NCBI GenBank assembly: GCA_965221905.1
Contig: OZ244922.1
Location: 1,184,001-1,248,000 of the forward strand
Direction: 5' to 3'
DNA: 64,000 nt
DNA from: Chloroflexota bacterium
GTDB lineage: Bacteria > Chloroflexota > UBA11872 > VXOZ01
The notes under the pieces are model-generated. The model made no database searches. It saw nothing but the letters and a program-made list of their open reading frames with translations, and was not told the DNA's origin. Shown here one piece after another: positions 41,259-51,639 of the stretch. A program made the translations under genes and the position numbers. Each line of letters begins with the position of its first letter. Position 1 is the stretch's first letter.

Positions 41259-42159
41259 GGTTTTCCTCTCGGGTGTCGTAATACTGGAGAAAGATATCTT
41301 CGAGGCGTCGCTCTTGGTATTCAATATCCACCACGGTGTGGCGTGCCGCTTCTTTGAGGGCTCCGGCGAGATTGCTTTGGACCAGCGCCAGCACGGTATT
41401 GCCCTCCTGGGACTCTTTTTGCACGCCGTCCAGGCCGGTTAGAAAGTCTGCCGGCGGCGGTTCAGCAAAGACCAGGCGCAGCCGCCGCACGTGCTTCTCC
41501 TGGAGAGACTCTAAGGTGTCGCTCAAGACAAGCCTGCCGTCGCGAATCACCCCCACTCGGTCGCAGATGCGTTCCACCTCGTCCAAATAGTGGCTGGAGA
41601 AGAAGACTGTGCCGCCCTGCTGGCGGTACTCATCCAAGATCGCGTAGAGTTCCTGCTGCATGAGGGGATCGAGCCCGCTTGTCGCCTCATCGAAGAGGAC
41701 CAGGTCGGGACGGTGCATGAGCGCCTGCAGCACGCCGAGCTTTTGTTTATTGCCCCGCGATAGCGTGCCGATGCGCCGGTCGAGTGCAGCGCTCAAACGA
41801 TCGGCTAACTCGTACACGTACGTGGTGTCTGAAACACCGCGCACGGAGCCGAAGTAGCGCAGCAGTTCCTGCCCCGTGAGATTCTCGTACATGCGCAACT
41901 CGCCGGGCAGAAAGCCGGTGCGGGCACGGATCGCCTTCGATTGACGTTCCATGTCCATACCGAGAATGTTCGCGGAGCCGCTCGTGGGGCGGATGAGATT
42001 TAGGAGCAGACGGACCGTGGTCGTCTTACCGGCGCCGTTCGGGCCCACAAAGCCGTAGATTTCTCCACGCTGCACGTCAAGGTCAAGTTCCACGACGCCG
42101 CGACTCTTGCCGTAGGTCTTGGTTAATTGCCGTGTTTCAATTGCCAGTTCTGACTCCAA
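41224..42159 (-). CDS. ABC transporter ATP-binding protein
   Basis: GPNGAGKTT, LSRGNKQ and FDEATSGLD motifs. Confidence 0.93.
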   Translation of the reverse strand: MESELAIETRQLTKTYGKSRGVVELDLDVQRGEIYGFVGPNGAGKTTTVRLLLNLIRPTSGSANILGMDMERQSKAIRARTGFLPGELRMYENLTGQELLRYFGSVRGVSDTTYVYELADRLSAALDRRIGTLSRGNKQKLGVLQALMHRPDLVLFDEATSGLDPLMQQELYAILDEYRQQGGTVFFSSHYLDEVERICDRVGVIRDGRLVLSDTLESLQEKHVRRLRLVFAEPPPADFLTGLDGVQKESQEGNTVLALVQSNLAGALKEAARHTVVDIEYQERRLEDIFLQYYDTREENHAAESAAQDPA

Positions 42160-42734
42160 GGTTCGGATCCTCTCTGCTTGGCTTCTTGCCTGATGTAACA
42201 AGATTGAGAATTTAGTCAATCATACGAAGTTCGTGTAGGTGCGTACTCACGACCGAATTGTTGCAAAGCATGCACATCATCCATCCGATTCCAATCGCAC
42301 GTCTAATTTTCCGATTGAGAAAACGTTATTCACGTGACGCCTAACGGAGGAATAGCAGGCTTCTGAGATTTCGTAGTCTCAATAGGATTGTTTACGGCGG
42401 CAACCACGGTGTTGTTTTGCTGCTTCTACCGCTATTATAGCCTATACGTATCAATAAGAAGACGCGGGTACTGGGGGTGGTGGAGCCCCAAAAGGCTTGA
42501 TGCTTGCATGTGCGCGGAATCGCCTTGCCGGCATAGTGGCGGCCAGGTTCAATGGAACTTGGCGCACAGGCCACAGCCGTGGCGAGTGCAACGCCGCTTA
42601 GGCGCGTTTCTTAGGTAGTTCTCAGACTGCATAGGTAGAATGAAGTACGATCTTAGCTGGCGAGACCGCTAAGGGGTGCGTTCTGCACATTGTCAAAATT
42701 CTCTTTATGACTTGCTGTAACGGAGGTTTGCGAA

Positions 42735-43583
42735 ATGGGCACTTTGGATAGACGAGGTTGGGTCGGTATATCTGCCTTGGCAGTGGGGGTGGTGATTCTG
42801 CTCATTGTGATATTTTCATCCGTTCGCGACGCGGGCCAGCAGTTCCTCAACCTCTTTCGAGTCCAGCAGGTGCAAACTATCCAGATCACGCAAGAATTCT
42901 TGGATTCTCTACCGGAACCGGACGCCGAACTGATCCAGTGGGTAGAAGAGCCTTCAGGCGATGGAGAGGGACGTGAGGTCACGCTTGCTGAAGCGGAGGA
43001 GGCGTTGGGCTTTCGACCCGCGCGGCTCTCTGAAGTGCCTGATATTTTGCAGGCAGACCCCAAAGTCATGATTACCGATGCAGCAGAAGCCTCGTTTAGC
43101 ATTGACTTGCCTGTGGCTCGAAACTACATCTGGGCGCTAGGCGGCGACGGCGCTATTCTTCCCGATGAGCTGGAGGGCGCGATATTCCGAATCACGGTGC
43201 CCCAGGTGGGAATGCTGTTCTATGCTTCGAAAGACAATCCCGATCAAGGCGTCCGTCTCCTGCAAACTACCAGCCCGACGCTTGCAACCCCCAGTGAGAT
43301 AGACATGGACGCAATTCGTACTGAGCTTCTGGAATTGTCCATCTTGTCTCCGGAGTTGGCAGACCAACTGCGGGCGGTAGAAGACTGGGAACAGACGCTG
43401 CTCCTGCCTTTGGTGGAAGGTATGTCTGAGGAAGTAAACGTTGGCTCAGCGACCGCGGTGCGGTTCTTTGGCATAGACGACGAAGATCGCATGCTCGTCT
43501 GGGTTGTCCAGGATCGAATTCACGTACTTAGCACGAATGTCCCCGACCTCAATCTGGCGGACTTGGCGGAGAACGTCAGGTAA
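42735..43583 (+). CDS. Membrane-anchored hypothetical protein resembling the extracytoplasmic part of anti-sigma factors
   Basis: N-terminal TM, FLNLFRVQQV and QLRAVEDWEQTLLLP patterns; no cytoplasmic Zn finger. Confidence 0.55.
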   Translation: MGTLDRRGWVGISALAVGVVILLIVIFSSVRDAGQQFLNLFRVQQVQTIQITQEFLDSLPEPDAELIQWVEEPSGDGEGREVTLAEAEEALGFRPARLSEVPDILQADPKVMITDAAEASFSIDLPVARNYIWALGGDGAILPDELEGAIFRITVPQVGMLFYASKDNPDQGVRLLQTTSPTLATPSEIDMDAIRTELLELSILSPELADQLRAVEDWEQTLLLPLVEGMSEEVNVGSATAVRFFGIDDEDRMLVWVVQDRIHVLSTNVPDLNLADLAENVR

Positions 43584-43910
43584 AGAAGCTCTGCCACTGA
43601 CTACAGAGTCGGCAGTGTCGACCGCAACTTGGCGGCCTGACGGCGTGTTGCCCAGTTATTGCTCTATGGGGACGCAATCGGAATACTTTTTTGCACGCGG
43701 TATGAGTCTTGGGGGAGTCGCTGCTTCCTGCAAGAGATTGCGTGCTCTTTGATGCTGATCAGCCTGTTCGTAGGTAAGTAGGGCATTGAACCACGCACCG
43801 CATCGGCGGTCCGCGCGTTGGCGCAATGAACTCCAGGTGCGCGGTATGCGGTCGTTGGAGTACGCTAGATTCGGAGTGCAATGTTGAGCGAATCCCATTA
43901 GGAGGCTTAC

Positions 43911-44588
43911 ATGGAGTACGAGATCTTTCACCGACCGTCATACGCGATGCTCAACATGCAATTGTCTGCCGGTGAGAATGTGAGCGCCGAAGCCGGCGCG
44001 ATGGTCAGTATGTCCAGCGGCATCGAGATAGAGACCAGCATGCGCGGCGGCCTAATGGGCGGCTTACGGCGCAAGTTCCTGGGTGGCGAGTCCTTCTTCA
44101 TAAACACGTTTAGCGCGGCGCGGAATGGAGAGGTGAATTTTGCGCCCAGCCTCCCCGGCGACATCTATGCGGTTGAGCTCAACAACGAAGTTATATTTGC
44201 CCAATCCGGCTCATTTATTGCCTCGACGGCTGGCGTCGAAGTGGATACTTCTTGGGGCGGCGCGAAGACGTTCTTCTCCGGTGAGGGTCTCTTCCTCCTC
44301 AAGATCAGCGGCAGCGGCACAGTGTTCCTCTCAAGCTATGGCGCGATCCACGAGATCGTTTTGGATGAAGGACAATCTTACACCGTGGACACGGGCCACA
44401 TGGTCTCGTTTGCCGAAGGCGTCGGCTATTCGGTAAAGCGTGTGGGCGGCATGAAGTCCACGCTCTTCAGCGGAGAAGGCCTGGTGGTCGAACTGACCGG
44501 CCCCGGCAAGGTGACGATTCAGTCGCGCAGTACCGACGCGTTCCTCGCCTGGCTCATTCCCCACTTGCCCAAGACCAACTCAGGTTAG
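43911..44588 (+). CDS. TIGR00266/AIM24 family protein
   Basis: AEAGAMVSM, GGESFFINTF, SGEGLF and VDTGH motifs. Confidence 0.9.
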   Translation: MEYEIFHRPSYAMLNMQLSAGENVSAEAGAMVSMSSGIEIETSMRGGLMGGLRRKFLGGESFFINTFSAARNGEVNFAPSLPGDIYAVELNNEVIFAQSGSFIASTAGVEVDTSWGGAKTFFSGEGLFLLKISGSGTVFLSSYGAIHEIVLDEGQSYTVDTGHMVSFAEGVGYSVKRVGGMKSTLFSGEGLVVELTGPGKVTIQSRSTDAFLAWLIPHLPKTNSG

Positions 44589-44661
44589 GTGCAGGTCGAT
44601 CATCGTAAGCCAAGACAATTCCTTGTCATAGGGTCGCTATCGCAAGGATTGATCCTTGCGT

Positions 44662-44907
44662 TCAATCCGCGGTTTCCACGGTTGGGGCGTGCGTGAGGTC
44701 CGCCTTGGTTACTGGTCGCGCCTGTGACGGCAGCACCGTAGCGATAGTTATAGTCTCTCCGTCCGAGGCCGTGAACTCCACGACAAAGGCTTCGCCATTG
44801 GGGTGGACATGCACGATTGTACCGACGTCTCCCGGCAGCAAATTGTCTTTGCGGTCGCCGGAGACAGCGGCGGTGAGGACGACTTGCTCGTGTTCTTTGA
44901 ACATCAT
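44662..44907 (-). CDS. DUF4926-like small protein
   Basis: EHEQVVL...LLPGDVGTIVHVH...AFVVEF. Confidence 0.8.
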   Translation of the reverse strand: MMFKEHEQVVLTAAVSGDRKDNLLPGDVGTIVHVHPNGEAFVVEFTASDGETITIATVLPSQARPVTKADLTHAPTVETAD

Positions 44908-44911
44908 CGCC

Positions 44912-45682
44912 TCAGGCTGCAAGTTCAGGAAGCGCGAGTTCACGATTGGACCATGAGATTCCGTGCACGTCATACTCCCGCAAGGCCGCCATCGCGTTTT
45001 CCGCTACCTGCCGTTCCGTATCGTTCAATAGCGCGTAAGCGCGAGAGTCGGGTGTGCGATTCTCTTTGGTGTCGCCCCAAGCGAACACCATTGACTGAAC
45101 AGTCTGCCGGTTCGGCTGATTGATTGCCTTTACAACTCGTTCAGGCTGCGATCTGGACTTGGGGATCACAAAGTCGAACACGTGATCATAGCCGCTTCTC
45201 CCCGAGAACTTAACGGTAGGCGTGTATCTTACGTCGGCATGATCAAGCCAAGTTACGACCTCTTCGCGAAATAGGAGTGGCACGGGAGTCGCCAAGTAAA
45301 ACAGATCGTTGACAGCAAGCATTGCCTGCACGAGGTTGTGCTTGCGAACTGGGAAATTGTCCGGTGACGTGTTGACCTCTAGTCTATTTCCATTTCGTTT
45401 TATGCCAAACCCGTTTAGAGTCATGTCGAGCAACGCGCGTCGCTTGGACGGCCTGGAAGTATCGACACCGCAGCCTGACATCTCCAGGTCATCCAAAACG
45501 TATCCGTCATCGCTTAAGATGAATCCGCCGTTGTTTTTTGTGGCAAATATCTGGAGATAGTCATTGTGACGGTCCAGGTGCGGCGTGGTTATCTCGACCC
45601 AGTCATTGATTTGGCGCAGTGTCGTCTTTTCTTTCAGCCACTCCCAGTATTGGTTTAAGAGTAGCTGCACTTCGTCAGTCAT
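44912..45682 (-). CDS. DUF1828/DUF1829-like protein
   Basis: EITTPHLDRHNDYLQI, KHNLVQAMLAVNDLF and GRSGYDHVFDFVIPKS; ATGA overlap with the upstream gene. Confidence 0.8.
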   Translation of the reverse strand: MTDEVQLLLNQYWEWLKEKTTLRQINDWVEITTPHLDRHNDYLQIFATKNNGGFILSDDGYVLDDLEMSGCGVDTSRPSKRRALLDMTLNGFGIKRNGNRLEVNTSPDNFPVRKHNLVQAMLAVNDLFYLATPVPLLFREEVVTWLDHADVRYTPTVKFSGRSGYDHVFDFVIPKSRSQPERVVKAINQPNRQTVQSMVFAWGDTKENRTPDSRAYALLNDTERQVAENAMAALREYDVHGISWSNRELALPELAA

Positions 45683-46128
45683 GGAAACAACTCTCTCCTG
45701 ATAATGGGTGGCTCCGTTATCCTGCAGTACTCCATGAAATCCTGAAGCGTTTGCCAAGTGTCGCTCAAGTTTGCAAAGCGAACTGACGGCACCGGGATTG
45801 CCCATCTATCGCCATACCCTTCCCGGTAGATGTGTAGGTGGGGTGCGGGCACTTCTTCATCATCGGGGTTACGGTGAGGCGGACCGCTTGCATCCAGTCT
45901 GACCAAAACCACGACGCCTCGGGCGCGATTCTGATAGGTTCTTCGGGAGAGGGCGATCTTGCTCCGGTATAGGTCCAACCGGAACTGCTCACGACCATCC
46001 CGCGAAACTAGCGGAATGATGACCTTCCCACCCATGTGTGGATAGAGCCACTCCTTCGCGTCGACTCTGTACTTGTCTAGAGCAATAAGTTCCTCGGCCT
46101 CGGCTTGCGTTAGGTTGACGTTCGCCAT
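45679..46128 (-). CDS. DUF6978-like protein
   Basis: LTQAEAEELI, YQNR, LVRLD, HRNPD and PHLHIYREGYGDRWA. Confidence 0.75.
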   Translation of the reverse strand: MANVNLTQAEAEELIALDKYRVDAKEWLYPHMGGKVIIPLVSRDGREQFRLDLYRSKIALSRRTYQNRARGVVVLVRLDASGPPHRNPDDEEVPAPHLHIYREGYGDRWAIPVPSVRFANLSDTWQTLQDFMEYCRITEPPIIRRELFP

Positions 46129-46330
46129 TCATTTGTCCGATTGGTATTTCTCTGACTACAGCTCTTCAGCACAAATGTAGCTAAATCGTTGTTGCAAGAG
46201 TGAATTCCCGGGCAATCAACAAGAATTCGTAGCATGCTGCAACCGGTACTGGGTCTCTAGCCAAAGACCTCATCAAACTTGGCCCAAACCGACAACTTAT
46301 GTGCCTGTGCGGCAACCCAGTTGAGAGTGT

Positions 46331-47032
46331 TCAGGAATCTTCGCCGTTGTCGGAATTCCAGGCTCGGCTGCCTTTAACGTGCAGGTAGCTTGCGCCGGCC
46401 TCGATCCAGGCTTCGCGGTAGGCGTAAAGAGTTTGCTCGTTGCGGCCGGCAACGGTGCGCACTTCCTCAGCGGTCTTATGCAGCCACGGCACGTTATCGG
46501 CCACCTCTTCAGGACGCTCTTGCAGGAAGCGGCGCATCTCTTCCAGCTTGGCCAGGCCGCCGGGCACGTCCGGCCCGGTGATCGCCTGCATCCGCTGTGC
46601 TGCTTCCAAGAGCGCGTCGGCAGCTTCTTTGTACACGTCCCAGCGGCGCTGCATGCGCTCCATCATGTGCTGGATGTCGTCCAGGAGCGCGGTGATGTGC
46701 TCAGCCTCTGCCTGCACCCGTGCCGGCTCTTCTTCCTCAACGCGCTTCAATTCGTCAATACTGCCGCAGACGTCGGTGTAGTGAGTCTGGCGCGCGGCGC
46801 CTCCCTCCGACATGTCCGGCACAAATTGGTTGGCTCCGGTCCAGCGCACGCGCGGCAGCTCCATCATGCCGCCGTCCTCGAAGTAGACCAGCGGCGGCTG
46901 GTTGTGCCCCGCCTCCTCGATGTGCGCGCGGCCCTCCGCGATCTTTTCCAATATCTTCTCGCGGTGCGGTGAAGGCGGCAGCCATCGCTCGTCGATATCA
47001 GTGGCGGCGACTCTTTCTTGCAGTTGGCTCAT
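46331..47032 (-). CDS. Hypothetical protein with helical C-terminal half
   Basis: 233-aa ORF, GAGGAG RBS, GC-rich third codon positions. Confidence 0.75.
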   Translation of the reverse strand: MSQLQERVAATDIDERWLPPSPHREKILEKIAEGRAHIEEAGHNQPPLVYFEDGGMMELPRVRWTGANQFVPDMSEGGAARQTHYTDVCGSIDELKRVEEEEPARVQAEAEHITALLDDIQHMMERMQRRWDVYKEAADALLEAAQRMQAITGPDVPGGLAKLEEMRRFLQERPEEVADNVPWLHKTAEEVRTVAGRNEQTLYAYREAWIEAGASYLHVKGSRAWNSDNGEDS

Positions 47033-47145
47033 CGTGTTTGCTCCTCATCTGATTTACAGATACATGTGCGGCGTACAAGGTGTAGTACTCGCCCTGCCGG
47101 CCCGCTTTTTCTTCGCTTCTGCTCTGCACTTAGTATACTACCCTT

Positions 47146-47760
47146 ATGGACATTGTCATCCCAGAGCTTCAACCCACGCCCGAGCGGCGTGTCTCCGTGA
47201 TGCAGACTCATGATGTCACCCTGCGCGGCGCAGCCGTGACTCTGCGGCCTATGGCTGAAAGTGACTGGGATGTGCTCCTCAAGTGGAACAACGATCCCGC
47301 AGTGATGGAACTCGCCGATCACAACCCTTTTGAAGAGTCCACGCTGGAGGACTTGCAGACCATCTATCGCTGGTTATCGACCCACGCCTACTGTTTCATC
47401 ATGGAAGTAGAGGGCAATCCAATCGGCGAGTGTTGGTTGCAACGGATGAATCTGCAGCGGATCGTTGCGCAGTTTCCCGATAAGGACCTGCGCCGCATCG
47501 ACCTCATGATCGGCGAGAAGGAGCTATGGGGCTGCGGGTACGGTACGGAGGCAATAGGGCTCCTCGTAGAATTCGGTTTTCAGATTGAGAGAGCCGACGC
47601 CATATTCGCCCCCGTAATGGCGGACAACCACCGCAGCCAACGCGCCTTCCAAAAGAATGGCTTCACCTGCCACGCCCGCATCCAGGAGCCGGACGGAAGG
47701 GTGAATACCGATCTGGTACTGTGGCGGACTGAGTATGAAGCCGCCGGAGCGGGCGAATAA
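47146..47760 (+). CDS. GNAT family N-acetyltransferase (RimJ/RimL-like)
   Basis: LRPM, IGEKELWGCGYGTEA and NHRSQRAFQKNGF motifs. Confidence 0.88.
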   Translation: MDIVIPELQPTPERRVSVMQTHDVTLRGAAVTLRPMAESDWDVLLKWNNDPAVMELADHNPFEESTLEDLQTIYRWLSTHAYCFIMEVEGNPIGECWLQRMNLQRIVAQFPDKDLRRIDLMIGEKELWGCGYGTEAIGLLVEFGFQIERADAIFAPVMADNHRSQRAFQKNGFTCHARIQEPDGRVNTDLVLWRTEYEAAGAGE

Positions 47761-47835
47761 TCGCCGCAACATGGCGTGGACGACCTATTAGCATAGCGCC
47801 CGGCGATGGTCTTGCATTGGCGTTTGAATCCCAGG

Positions 47836-48879
47836 CTATGCTGACGTTACTGTGATCCCGCTGCCTTCGGTCACGGAGCCGATGATCCAGAGCGGCTCGT
47901 TGGCGGTGCGGAAGGCCTCTTCGAGTTGGGCTTGATCCTGCGGGGGTACGGCGGCGAGCAGACCGCCGCTGGTCTGGGGATCGAAGAGGAGGGCGCTGAG
48001 TGCGGACGGGATTTCCGCCACCAGGGCAAGCAGTCCTTCATCCAGGAGAAAGTCGCGATTGCGGTCTAGGCCGCCCGGCACCACGTCGTCGCGGGCATAA
48101 GCCAACGCGCCGTTGAGCAGCGGAATTGCTTGTGCTGCAAATTCAAAGCGCACGTTGCCGTGGCGCGCCATCTCCATTGCATGTCCGAGCAGGCCGTAAC
48201 CGGTCACGTCGGTGCAAGCGTGGATGGTGAACTGTTGGAATAACCGCGCAGCGCCGCCATTGAGACGGCACATGCTGGCAACGGCTTCCTCTAAGTGCGC
48301 TGGCTCGACGCAGTCGCGCTTGTGGGCCGTGGTGATCACGCCGGTGCCGATAGGTTTCGTTAGGACTAGAATGTCCCCCGGCTGCGCGCCGGCTTTGGTG
48401 AAGATACGGTCGGGGTGAACTTGGCCCGTCACCGATAAGCCGTACTTCGGTTCCTCGTCGGTCACCGTGTGCCCACCGGCGATCACCGCACCGGCCTCCA
48501 GTACCTTGTCCGCGCCTCCCTGAAATATGCGGCTCAGGATGTCCAGGTCGAGGTTGTCGGGAAAGCCCGCGAGATTTAATGCGAAGAGCGGCTCGCCTCC
48601 CATGGCGTAGACGTCGCTTAGAGCGTTGGCAGCCGCAATCTGGCCGAAGGCGTAGGGATCATCTACCACGGGCGGAAAGAAGTCCGCAGTGCTGATGATG
48701 GCCTGCTCGTCGTTCATGCGATACACGGCGGCATCATCCGGCGCGGCTAAACCCACCAGGAGATTGCTATCGGATTGTGAAGGAAAGGCGCGCAGAACCT
48801 GCGCGAGCTCGGCGGGGCCGAGTTTGCCTGCTCACCCCGCACAAGCGGCCAGGCTGGTCAACTTTATCGGTGTTGCCAT
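47836..48879 (-). CDS. selD: Selenide, water dikinase, selenocysteine-containing (Sec16)
   Basis: MATPIKLTSLAACAG-TGA-AGKLGP in frame with DDAAVY, DFFPPVVDDP, ANALSDVYAMGG and DPQTSGGLL. Confidence 0.95.
48789..48805 (-). promoter_or_regulatory. Candidate SECIS hairpin of selD
   Basis: CGCGCAG-GTT-CTGCGCG starting 26 nt after the TGA; alternative hairpin CTCGG-CCCCG-CCGAG at 48808-48822. Confidence 0.5.
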
Positions 48880-49116
48880 CGTGTTACTCCTACTGCCTTT
48901 GGCGGCGGTATCGAACGGGTGTTTGCAACGGCGCCACCGCGCCGCCTCACAATGTTGTCCCCTTGTCTTAGGCCCAAATTCACTGAGGCTTGTGCGCTAA
49001 CTCGGTATTGGCTGCACAGCAATTCCGTTCGGCCTGAGCTTGTCGAAGGCCGAGATTGAGCGCAGAGACAGCACGTATTACACGCTCGTGTTCTCAGCCT
49101 TTCATGCTTCGACAGG

Positions 49117-49226
49117 CTCAGCACGAACGGCTGGCGTGCTCAGCACGAACGGCTGGCGGGCTCAGCACGAACGGCTGGCAGTCTCAGCACGAACGTTTGG
49201 CAGGCTCAGCACGAACGGCTGACAGT
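49117..49226. repeat. 22-bp tandem repeat, five copies, derived from a palindromic repeat end
   Basis: CTCAGCACGAACGGCTGGC core at 49117, 49139, 49161, 49183 and 49205. Confidence 0.9.
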
Positions 49227-49422
49227 GTCACCGAAAGCGAGATTGGCAAACGTTGTATACACCCTCTCAGTATAGCAACTCCGCGTGGAGGCAATGGATT
49301 TGCAGGAGGACTCAGCACGCGAGCAGCCTCGCGATAGCAAGTCTCTGCGTTGACCGTTTCGCGCATTGGCGTCGCATCCAGGTCTTAGGGATTCCCACAA
49401 GCGCAGCAGTTCGTTGCACTCC

Positions 49423-50271
49423 CTAGGCAAAGTCCCGCCACGAGTATTGCGGTTGAAAGCCGAGGTCGCGCTTTGCCTTGGCGTTGGATAAGCCCGATTG
49501 CGTGCCGGTGAGGTGAGCTGCCATTTGCTCAGTGCCTGGGAAGACGAGCGGCGCGGCTTCGGCGAGGGGCATGGGGCAGAAAGCGTCGTCGGCCACGATG
49601 TAATACGCGCCTTGCACGGCGTCTTCCGTTTCCAAGGCCAAACGAAAGCCGACTGCCAGATCGCGCACGTCCGAGTAGCCCCATATGCCGCGGTAGTAGA
49701 CGTTGAAATCGGCCTCCATGGCCGCCAAGCGTTCGGGCCAGTTCTCCGGCACGATGACGTGCGACGGACGGATAGACACAGCGGGTATGCCGGTGCGCCG
49801 ATGCACCATGTCCACGATGTCTTCCCCCACCACTTTGGAAAGTCCATAGGGGTCTTGCGGGAGGTCTGGGTGGTTCTCATCCACCGGCAGGTAGTGAGGC
49901 GCGAAGTCACGGTAGCGGAACCCCATGCCGAGCACGTTGATGCTGCTCGTCGCCACGATCTTTCGGAGTCCGAGCGTGGCGGCCGCCTCGCACACGTTAT
50001 AAGTGCCCATCACATTTGTGCGAAAGACATGAGCGTTGGCGTGGGTGCCCGGTGAAGGGATGGCGGAAAGGTGAACCACGGCCTCCGCCGGGGCGAGGAG
50101 TTCGAAGATGGTGCCCTCGTCCTCGTGGTCTCCGAGGCGATAGTGAACGCCCGCTTCCGGCTCCGGCGGTACTACTCGATCGAAAGAGACGATTTCGTGC
50201 CCGTGCCGCAAGAGCTCTCTGACTACGTACCGACCGATGTTGCCGCTGCCGCCCGTTACAACCACTTTCAT
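49423..50271 (-). CDS. NAD-dependent epimerase/dehydratase
   Basis: TGGSGNIG, HLSAIP and YGLSK motifs. Confidence 0.9.
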   Translation of the reverse strand: MKVVVTGGSGNIGRYVVRELLRHGHEIVSFDRVVPPEPEAGVHYRLGDHEDEGTIFELLAPAEAVVHLSAIPSPGTHANAHVFRTNVMGTYNVCEAAATLGLRKIVATSSINVLGMGFRYRDFAPHYLPVDENHPDLPQDPYGLSKVVGEDIVDMVHRRTGIPAVSIRPSHVIVPENWPERLAAMEADFNVYYRGIWGYSDVRDLAVGFRLALETEDAVQGAYYIVADDAFCPMPLAEAAPLVFPGTEQMAAHLTGTQSGLSNAKAKRDLGFQPQYSWRDFA

Positions 50272-50773
50272 GCCGCCTATCTCCTCAAATATTGCTTGGT
50301 GCTCGCTTGTGTTCGCTGCTTGTAGGCACACTGTCACGTTACATGGTGCCATGCACTCCCTCTGTCAGCCGATTCGTTCCTACAGATGATTCGTTTTCAC
50401 TCATTGTAAGGGCTCTGCCGCTAGACCGGGCGTCCGCCAGTGAAGATTTCAAGCGGTGCCCAGCCCTCCTACTGTAGCCCGCATGGAAACTGTGTCGGCG
50501 GCTAACACCGAATAGGTAAATGTAAGCGAGATCCACGCCATCTTCAAGAATCGGACGGGGGAGACGTGCTACGCTATGCTGGAAAGTGAGCACCCACTCT
50601 CTTCTCCAAGCGGATGGTTGACTGCCGTGTGCACGTTAGTATAGCGTGAGAGGCGGCAATGGGAGTATTCATTGCCGCGGCACTTGGTATCGTGCCGCAT
50701 GCAGAGTCAAGTGGGACAATTGGCTGGCGCGAAAGACAAAGGTGTCTCATAGCAGCGAGAAAGAGGAGACAGC

Positions 50774-51631
50774 ATGGGTACGATTGCCATCGTTACTGAT
50801 AGCACGAGCGACCTCGATCCCACAATTGCCGCCGAGCAGCACATCACCGTTGTGCCGGCGCACGTGCGTTTTGGCGAAATCGACTATAAAGACGGCGTGG
50901 ACATCACGGTCGAGCAATTCTTTGCCATGCTGTCGGAAGCACAGGAATTGCCACAGACCTCGCAGCCCTCGGCAGGGGAATTTGTCGAAGTCTACCAACG
51001 ACTGGCTCAGGACCACGACCACATCGTCTCACTCCACATGTCCGGCAAGCTGAGCGGCACCGTTCAGTCAGCGCTGACAGCTTCGCAACAGTTGCAGGGA
51101 GAGTCTTCCTGCAAGATTCATGTCGTTGACACCAGCTCAGCTTCAATGGGGGTAGCCTACATGGCGCGCGAAGCGGCGCGGCTGGCGGCTGAGGACGTAG
51201 AAGTTGATCGCATCGTGAATCATATTAAGTACGTCGCAGACCTCATGCACGTCGCCTTTACGCCCGAAACGTTGGATTACTTGCGGCGGGGCGGCCGCCT
51301 CGGCGCGGCTTCACACTTGGTGGGTTCGCTGCTCCGCATCAAACCGGTTTTGATCCTCAAGGATGGCGCCGTCGACATTCTTGACCGGGTGCGCACACGC
51401 ACACGCGTTATCGAGCGCATCGTTAGCTATGTGGAATCCGTTGCCGGCCCTGAGGGAACACTCACCTACTTGGGCGTGATGCATGCGAATGAACCGGGAT
51501 TCGCGGCTGAGCTGCAAGAGGCGATTTTGAGCCGTGTCTCTGCACAAAGCGTCATGAATGGCTCAATCGGCCCGGCGATCGGCACACACGCGGGGCCGGG
51601 CTCTGTAGGCGTATCTTTTTATAAGGAGTAG
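50774..51631 (+). CDS. DegV family fatty-acid-binding protein
   Basis: IVTDSTSDL, TSQPS, SGKLSGT, LRRGGR and THAGPG motifs. Confidence 0.94.
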   Translation: MGTIAIVTDSTSDLDPTIAAEQHITVVPAHVRFGEIDYKDGVDITVEQFFAMLSEAQELPQTSQPSAGEFVEVYQRLAQDHDHIVSLHMSGKLSGTVQSALTASQQLQGESSCKIHVVDTSSASMGVAYMAREAARLAAEDVEVDRIVNHIKYVADLMHVAFTPETLDYLRRGGRLGAASHLVGSLLRIKPVLILKDGAVDILDRVRTRTRVIERIVSYVESVAGPEGTLTYLGVMHANEPGFAAELQEAILSRVSAQSVMNGSIGPAIGTHAGPGSVGVSFYKE

Positions 51632-51639
51632 TCGAGTCC

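Noticed and set aside
49117-49226. Possible CRISPR array
   Set aside because: Units are contiguous 22-mers with no unique spacers, and no cas genes are present.
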